Assembly: GCA_964016885.1 (NCBI GenBank)
Contig: OZ024751.1
Span: 19,902,001 to 19,966,000, forward strand
DNA: 64,000 nucleotides
Source of the DNA: Eledone cirrhosa
Taxonomy: Eukaryota
Direction of reading: 5' to 3'
The notes below the pieces were generated by a model, which was not told the DNA's origin, made no database searches, and saw only the letters and a list, made by a program, of their open reading frames with translations. This document shows positions 55,346-64,000 of this stretch, one piece after another (the first letter of the stretch is position 1; every line of letters begins with the position of its first letter). The position numbers and the translations under genes are program-made.

Positions 55346-55555
55346 TGTATGTATGTATGTATGTATGTATGTATGTATGTATGTATGTGTGTATATGTGT
55401 GTATGCTTAAAAACCTTCAAAGCACACGCATTGTTTGTTCAGGATATGTTGCAGGTTTGTGTACCTGGCTGTAACCTAAAAGTACACAAAAACCCTATAA
55501 TATGACAAGCGATTGCAATACTCTTAGCAGAGTTTGCAGCCATTATGTATGTATG

Positions 55556-55589
<34 letters not shown>

Positions 55590-56104
55590 TGTATGTATAC
55601 ATATGTGTATGTATATGCGCGGGGACATAGAAATAGTCGGGCTGGGTACCCGATCGCGCGGTTAAACCACTGGGAGTGAAGGACCCCTAGCCTTTGTAAG
55701 GGCATTCTTCTAGGAGAAAGCAGCTCAGGAAACTGGGATAACTCCGACATAAAACCTGCGGCTCAGAAGTTACCGATGATGTTGATCTTTTGTTCTTTTC
55801 GGGTTATAGCTACTGTCGCTCAGAGAGTGGGATTGGCTCAGTGCACAGTCTTTCCTCACTTTAAAAATATCTTCACGCACAGGCATTGCACGATGGCATT
55901 AATTGATAATTATTAATAATGGTATACCGTGCAATGGCCATACTCGATAACGAGGGGGCAGCCGTCATGTATGTGTATATGAATGTGTGTATGTGTTTGT
56001 GTATGTCTGAAAAGTAATTGATAAATACCCCACGACAGTACAATTTTAGTTTACTTTATTACTAACAAAGCAAATGGTCTAAATAGTTAGTCGGGGCTGT
56101 GACT

Positions 56105-56500
56105 TTATGTTTTGGGGGCAGAGTCCTCAAGCACTCCTTCAAGCGGGTCCTGTTAGAACCAACTGTCTCCAACTGATCTGGTTGTTACCCAATCATCTTT
56201 CTCGGATGTCTACCTCTGGGTCTCTCCTGCCGGTTGGGTTTGCACATAAAATAATTCAGAGATTCTTTCCTGAGACATTCTAACCACATGTCATAGTATC
56301 GGAGCTGTGATCTCTCAATTCGGCTCTACCTGGAGTGACTTTCTAATCTCCAAGCCACGCACTCTATGGAGTAACATTACTCCAAAGACCCTTAGGAGGA
56401 AACCCATTTCGGCCACTTGTATTCGCAATCGTATTCTTTCGGTCATTACCCAAGATTCATAGCCATAGGTAAGGATTGGCACGAATACCAAATTGATGAT
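56105..56500 (-). mobile_element. Decayed RTE LINE fragment (region after the RT domain)
   Basis: Minus translation LTYGYESWVMTERIRLRIQVAEMGFL..RVRGLEIRKSLQVEP..PTGRRPRGR..CLRTLPP. Confidence 0.8.
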
Positions 56501-56577
56501 AGCGACTTTATATCTCTGAATATAAAATAATCAAACCGGAAGAATTACAGGTACAACTAATTATTGGTTTCATATAT

Positions 56578-56780
56578 ATGCACAAGGCCAGTGATTTGGG
56601 GGGAGGGGAAAGTAGATTAAATCGACTCCAGTGCGTGACTGGTACTTTATTTTATCGACCCCGTGAGGATGAAAGGCAAAGTTAACCTCGGCGGAGTTTG
56701 AACTCAGATCATAAAGGGACGTAACTCTATGCTGCAAAGCATGGCGTCTGACCCTCTACCGATACTACCAATCCACCGCC
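56578..56780 (-). mobile_element. Full-length tRNA-derived SINE
   Basis: Minus strand GGGCGGTGGATTGGTAGTATCGGTAGAGG..GAGTTCAAACTCC..GGCCTTGTGC. Confidence 0.85.
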
Positions 56781-56792
56781 CTACAGGTACAG

Positions 56793-56840
<48 letters not shown>

Positions 56841-56891
56841 ATGTGGGGGGGTGATAGTAGCAGCAGCAGCAACAGTAGTAGCAGCAGTAGC

Positions 56892-56958
<67 letters not shown>

Positions 56959-57577
56959 ATAACATCAGCTCAGAAGTAACAACAGCAGTGAAAACAGCAG
57001 CACCAGCAGTAACAACAACAGCAACAGCAGTAGCAGCAGCAGTATCAACAACAATAACAGCTGTAGCAGCAGCAGCAACAACAACAGTAAAAACAGCAAC
57101 AGCAGTAACAACAGTAACAGCAGCAACAACAGCAGTAACAACAGTAACAGCAGCAGCTGCAAACACCTTTCTGACACGACAATTAATTTCTGTGTCTATT
57201 AATTGTTATAAATTATACAAACCTGGAGTTATATAGTTTAAGTCTGACATAAGCTATAACACCTCTTCACTTTCTACAACAGTCTTACACACTACTAACA
57301 GTCTGAGGGATGAAGGGGGGGGGGGGTTGAGGGGGGGGGGTATATATAGAGGCAAATGTGCTATATAAATACACACATTCATATATATATAGATATAGAT
57401 ATAGATATATACACATATATTTACACAAAGATAAATCGATATATAAATAAATGCCCACAAACACACACATATCAATATATATATATATATATATATATAT
57501 TGATATGTGTGTGTTTGTGGGCATTTATATATCGATTTATCTTTGTGTAAATATATGTGTATATATATGTTTATATC

Positions 57578-57680
<103 letters not shown>

Positions 57681-57872
57681 ACATATATATATATATATAT
57701 ACATATACACACACATTTATATATACAACCACGCACACATACATACGCACACATTATGACTACAAGCATATATACATGCTTACATGCATGTACAAGTACC
57801 TGCAATTATAAATAAGTAAATAAATAAATATATATATATATATGTAAGTATACACACATATATACATATATA

Positions 57873-57908
<36 letters not shown>

Positions 57909-57934
57909 AGTATACACATATATATACATATATA

Positions 57935-58028
<94 letters not shown>

Positions 58029-58366
58029 TATACACACATATATACACACATGCATGTATAGATAGATGCATAGACTTCATTTCAAATGACAATAATTGTT
58101 TGGAATTATCACTGAGGAAATATCAACATCACTTAAGACTAAACCAAGACAAACAGACTACATTGAATGTCACTGTATGTATTATGTTGTGCTTTAAACA
58201 GCCAAACTACTCTATATAAATTTACACATTCTTAGTATATATGTATATAGAAATGGGTTCTACAGGACTAGTCCTGTAGAAGTCATTTCTATATTAAATA
58301 TTTATACTCTGCTATGTATTGAGTACCTTACTTACTGTGGTTACCCCCGATTGAACCTGGGATAAA

Positions 58367-58416
<50 letters not shown>

Positions 58417-58431
58417 ATATATATATGTGTT

Positions 58432-58551
<120 letters not shown>

Positions 58552-58597
58552 TATATATATATAGATATATAGATATATATATATATATATATAGATA

Positions 58598-58683
<86 letters not shown>

Positions 58684-59098
58684 GTTAATAAATGAGACAA
58701 AACAAAACACAGGAAGTAAAGTTACGCAGTTATATTAGGTTCACGCTTGGAAGAAATGGAGGAGGTTTCAAAGTTTCGGACTGAAGGCCTTCTTCAGGAC
58801 AGTTGGGATGAGGAGAAAGCAGATAGATGTATGAGTAGTGTGAGAAGGTTAGGAAAGGAAGTTAAGAAAAAGTGGGGTTTTGGAGGAGAAAAATGGGTAG
58901 GTGGGATGAAGGATCTGGCTGTGTGTGTGTGTGGGGGGGGGTCAGGGTGGAGGATATGACGTCTAATTTCGTGAAACTTTAGGTAATGGAATAATTATAT
59001 TGTGTTGTTTAACTATATATAGTTAAATAGTTTTGTACTATACATAGAGCACTCTTCTTCCCTTTACCTTTTCTACGGAAATACTTAACATTTATATA

Positions 59099-59147
<49 letters not shown>

Positions 59148-59151
<4 letters not shown>

Positions 59152-59410
59152 TATTAAAATAACAGATTAAAGTTTAAGCAAAGAATCGCTGCTTTCACCC
59201 TTAACGGGATCTTCTGAAACTAAGAAAGTCAACCTGTGAACGCAGAAATAAATATTTCAAAAAAACGTTGCAACCGGAGGAAGACAGGAAGACGATACTT
59301 TGGTTCGTGGAAACGTTCTCTGGCAAAGTGCGGGAAAAAACGAAGATAATACGTCATTATTTTTATTCTTATCGAGTCCTCTTTGGATTTTAGTCTTCAA
59401 ATTTATTATT
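59148..59410. mobile_element. (AT)n-associated interspersed repeat
   Basis: Reverse complement at ~62670-62815; short pieces at 3995-4070 and 35097-35168. Confidence 0.6.
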
Positions 59411-59685
59411 ATTACTCTCTTTTACTCTTTTACCTGTTTCAGCCATCCGGCTGAGGCCATGCTGGGGCACCGCCCTTGGACTATATATATATATTTATTT
59501 ATTTATTTATTTATATATATATAATACCAACAAAGATGCTGATATTACATAAACGATTTACGTAATATCAGCATCTTTTTTAATGTTATTCTTATACTGA
59601 ATCTACATCGTAATTACGCACTACGGATGTAGAGAGCTTTTTCCTGTTTACTCCTCTTTTTTTACCAAAACAACTTTTACAGAAC

Positions 59686-59803
<118 letters not shown>

Positions 59804-59854
59804 CATATATATATATACATATATATATATACATATATATATATATACATATAC

Positions 59855-59949
<95 letters not shown>

Positions 59950-60439
59950 ATATTCGTTAGTGTAAAGCAAGAATATTATTAACAAAATGTAATATGAGAC
60001 AGGAGCCCCTTTATAACATATTTGCGTAGCAATCTTGAAGGAAACCGTATTAAATTATTCAAACATTACAACAACAACACAAATAATAATAATAATAATA
60101 ATAATAGTAATAATAATAAAATGAAAGAAAAATACGTAACTATTTTCAGACATACACAGCAAAGAAAAATAATATTGTTGGTATAAGCAATATCATTTTC
60201 ATATTCAAATAACGGAAGACAAAACACCGGACGCGGATATGTTTCGTCTTTATTGCGACACAACAGCGGAAATGTCGCCAAACCATAACTAATGTAAACA
60301 GCCTAAGTTAACCTTTGACATAAACAAACTAGCATGAAACACCCACCATGTGATAAATGTACAGTTACGGAGGTGAAAATATATTGCAATGAATATAACA
60401 TTAAAAAGAAATTAATTCTATTAGTAGTGATATCTTATG

Positions 60440-61445
60440 TAGATACAAGGTCAGCAAATATAGGGCAAGGGGACAGTGATTAAATCAACCATAGTCACGT
60501 GACTGGTACTTTATTTTATCAACTCTGGAAGAATGAATGGTAATGTTGAACGTGGCGGGATTTTTACTCAGACTATAAAGAGCCATTTAAAATACCACTG
60601 TGGCATTTTATCCGAAGCTCTACCAATTCTGCCAGTCCATCACCGTTATTAGTGTTCTTATTAATAACATTATATCAGGGCGGTGGGCTGTCAGTATCGG
60701 TAGAGCGTCGGACACAATACCTCGCGGTATATTGTCACGGCCCATTACGTTCCAATATCAAATCCTGCTGAGGTTATCTTTGCCGTTCAGCCTTACAGGG
60801 TGTATAAAATAAAGTACCAAATACGCACTGGGGTCGACTTAATCGATTTTCCACATCTCCCAAGTTGTTGGCCATGTGCCTAAATCAGAAACCATGGCGG
60901 ATTGGCAGTATCGGTAGAAGATCGGACGCTATGCTTTGCAGCATAGAGTTACACCCCTTTATGGTCTGATTTCAAATCCCGCCGAGGTTAACTTTGCCTT
61001 TCATCCTTACGGGGTCGATAAAATAAAGTACCAGTAATGCACTGAAATAATTGCTGGCCTTGTGCCAAAAGTAGAAACAATTATTTGTCAGTGGATTGGC
61101 AGTATCGGTAGAGCGTCAGACGCCATGCTATGCAGCATAGAGTTATGCCTCTTTACGTTCTGAGTTCAAATCCCGCCGAGGTTAGCTTTGCCTTTTATCC
61201 TTACGGGGTCGATAAAATAAAATACCAGTTATGCACTGGGGTAATTGCTGGCCTTGTGCCTAAAGTAGAAACAATTATTAACATCATTATGAGGATGGTT
61301 GATAAGCAGAATCATTAAATTTTGGTATTTGTCACGGCTTTCCGAGTTCAAATTCCACTGAGATAGATTTTGCCTTCTATCCTTTCGAGGATCGATAAAA
61401 TAAAGTCCAGTCACGTACTGGGGTCGATATAATCGACTCTCTCCA
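60440..61445. mobile_element. SINE cluster: one minus copy (60440-60643), then 4 head-to-tail plus copies (~60678, 60895, 61088, 61290)
   Basis: Repeated head (GGATTGGCAGTATCGGTAGAG), B-box and shared tail. Confidence 0.85.
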
Positions 61446-62081
61446 TTCCGTGAAATCATTATACATATTTCAATGGACCAGCTTCATCATACATTTATGA
61501 GGCAAGCAAGGACGACCTCGTCAGGTAACTTCAACAGAATTACAAAACAGGATTATGTTGAACCCATACTTATCGTAGGAGATAGGGAAAAAAAAATTGA
61601 AAAGTGAAAAATGAATAATTTGTTTGCATCATGATTTCCCTACCAGAACCACCAGTTCTATACTTAGCTGATCAAAATGACTTAAATTGTATATATATAT
61701 ATATATATTTATTTATACATATACAATTTATATATATTTATATATATTTGTACACACATATATATATAGAGAGAGAGAGAGAGAGATATATATATATATA
61801 CATGTACACACACACACACATACACGCGCATGTTAACATATGTAGTTGTGTGTGTGCATGTGTATGTATGAATATATAACAAGAATGTGGTGTGCGCCAA
61901 GAGGAAACGCATATTTGCTTGAATTAATACCACAAAATTCTGAAATAACGCCTCAAAAATATGCAACGCTCATTTTTTTGTTTAGAAGGATGCTGGAGTT
62001 ATATAGATATGGCTGATGTGGTTCTCTGGTTGATGGAAACTAGATGGGTAAGAAACGATGATGATGATGATGATGATGATG

Positions 62082-62144
<63 letters not shown>

Positions 62145-62305
62145 TATTTAACCACTGAGGGCGGTTACTTTCCATTTCGTTCATAGATACAGTTGCATAA
62201 ATATTTGAGGGTGTTAGAAAACTGTGTGAAGTGAAACAATACAAAGTTATGTAAAAACTAAGTGGTGTGTTGGGAATGTTATACAAAGAAGACCCTTTAA
62301 GATCA

Positions 62306-62808
62306 TCTATATATCTAAAACAGAGGATGTCTGTCTGTCAGTTTGACTCTCTAAAACTCGAGAACCACCCAACCGATTCTTTTCAATGTTTACACGTGTA
62401 ATACTTATGGTCGTGTGAGTGTTTTGAGCAAAGAATATTTCAAATTTTCAATGCCCTAGGGACCGCATTATGCGCCGGTTAGCGATCTCTCTATCTTTTT
62501 TAGGCTGTCTTTTTAGATTAGATACATAGCTATAACGTCGCACCCTTATAATATCTGTCTGTATGTCTGGATGTCTGCATTACGACATTATGACAAATAT
62601 TGTTCTCGTTGCTGACGTATTATCTTCGCTATTTTCCGTTCATTGCCATGGAACGTCTTCACGCACCAAAGTATCGTCTTCCTGTCTTCCTTCGGTTGCA
62701 ACGTTTTTCGAAATATTTACTTCTGCGTTCAGAGATTGATTTTTTTAGTTTCAGAAGATCCCGTTAATGGTGAAAGCAGCAATTCTTTGCTTAAACTTTA
62801 ATCTGTTA

Positions 62809-62880
<72 letters not shown>

Positions 62881-63074
62881 TATATTCGTGTACAGATATT
62901 TTTGCATACACAAAAACAAAATATAAACAAACGTATTTATTTCACGAAAGTACAAAGTGTAGACACCATCCCGAGGCCGAGGTATTCCGTACTTCTCTGT
63001 ACTGTTTGAGAAAAGAAGGATAAACATGCCAATCTATTTTTAGAATCCCGACCAACGCCGGGCCTCTCAGCTAG
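62306..63074 (+). mobile_element. Non-autonomous Helitron
   Basis: A|TC start, subterminal hairpin CCCGAC-CAAC-GCCGGG (63047-63062), CTAG|T end. Confidence 0.8.
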
Positions 63075-63129
63075 TATAATATACAAATAACTATTTTTCA
63101 AAAAAACCTATATCAAAATATGTGCAAAC

Positions 63130-63730
63130 AGGAATATTTTAAATTAGTTAACAGCAACGCTAAGATAGAATATATAAAGAGGAACCACATTACCAGGGCA
63201 ACAACGGAATGGGAAGAAAAATTGGAATAGAAACATTACTTGGTTCAACCCCACTTTAAACCACACAATGGTCACTCTAATGGCGAAAATATTCTTGAAA
63301 CTAATTAAGAAATTCTGTTCATATCATGATAGATAATATCAAGTATTTATTTTTTTAAAACCACAATTAAGCTATCTTACTCTTCTTCTCTAAACCTCGC
63401 TCAATCCTTGGTTTCTAATGTTTCTTAGCTAAATCATACTAATACACAACCACCTACTGATAACCGCAGCTGGCACAAATGAAATACATCATACATTGGT
63501 TTCACCTAAAATACGTTCAACCAACGCTACAGCCAGCACAACAATACATTTAAGAACCTTAATGGGAAACATGATACATCTCTAGCTAAAACTTAAACAA
63601 CCTAAGATGACCATAATTGTACAAAGGAAAAATATGCCTGTAACCTTTGTACGACAGAAATCATGCAGATACTCCTAATTAAGATACATATACCCAGAAA
63701 AACACCATAGGGGAACGACGCCATGCAGAC
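63130..63730 (+). pseudogene. Decayed Penelope-like element (linker and GIY-YIG remnants)
   Basis: Fragments RNITWFNP..KIFLKLI, TIKLSYS, SYIGFT*NTFNQRYSQHNNTF..DTSLA and CNLCTTE, with stops and deletions. Confidence 0.75.
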
Positions 63731-63895
63731 TTAAGACACTAAGAACATTTAAACATTATTCACCAGATAATATCAACTGAAATAACGCAACTAACACAAG
63801 CACAAAATCGGCCTTGACCTACTGGAGGGGATAAACCCGAGGCACCTGTTTAGATACCCTTAATACACACTAAACTTCAATGCCTAGAGGCTTGC

Positions 63896-63993
<98 letters not shown>

Positions 63994-64000
63994 ATACTTT

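Noticed and set aside
60230-60272. Minus-strand HHR-like motif (CTGTTGT-GTC..GAC-GAAACATATC)
   Set aside because: Two core mismatches and only a 2-bp stem I; could be chance or old decay.

Overview
AT-rich, microsatellite-dense animal DNA. Repeat content resembles an octopus or other coleoid cephalopod genome (inference, not tested). It has one clear host gene, a four-jointed (FJX1/fj-like) Golgi kinase with a single coding exon (41166-42782). Nearly all other track ORFs are microsatellite artefacts. The main hidden signal is that many short islands inside the (AT)n tracts are 3' ends of Penelope-like retroelements (PLEs) carrying type I hammerhead ribozyme (HHR) motifs (CUGANGA-stem II-GAAA-stem III-UH). 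I found about 20 intact or degenerate motifs from at least 8 families, most with a family-specific palindromic stem III. Notable cases: a retrozyme-like 591-nt unit bounded by two identical U3-A8 variant HHRs (2635-3430); an ATG-less, uninterrupted 328-codon Penelope frame with a GIY-YIG domain that the ORF track mostly misses (25128-26114); and fold-back elements with one HHR on each strand. Also present: tRNA-derived SINEs (some in tandem arrays), RTE and Tx1-like LINE 3' ends, a non-autonomous Helitron, a Tc1/mariner MITE and several minisatellites. All calls were made by eye, and repeat boundaries are approximate.
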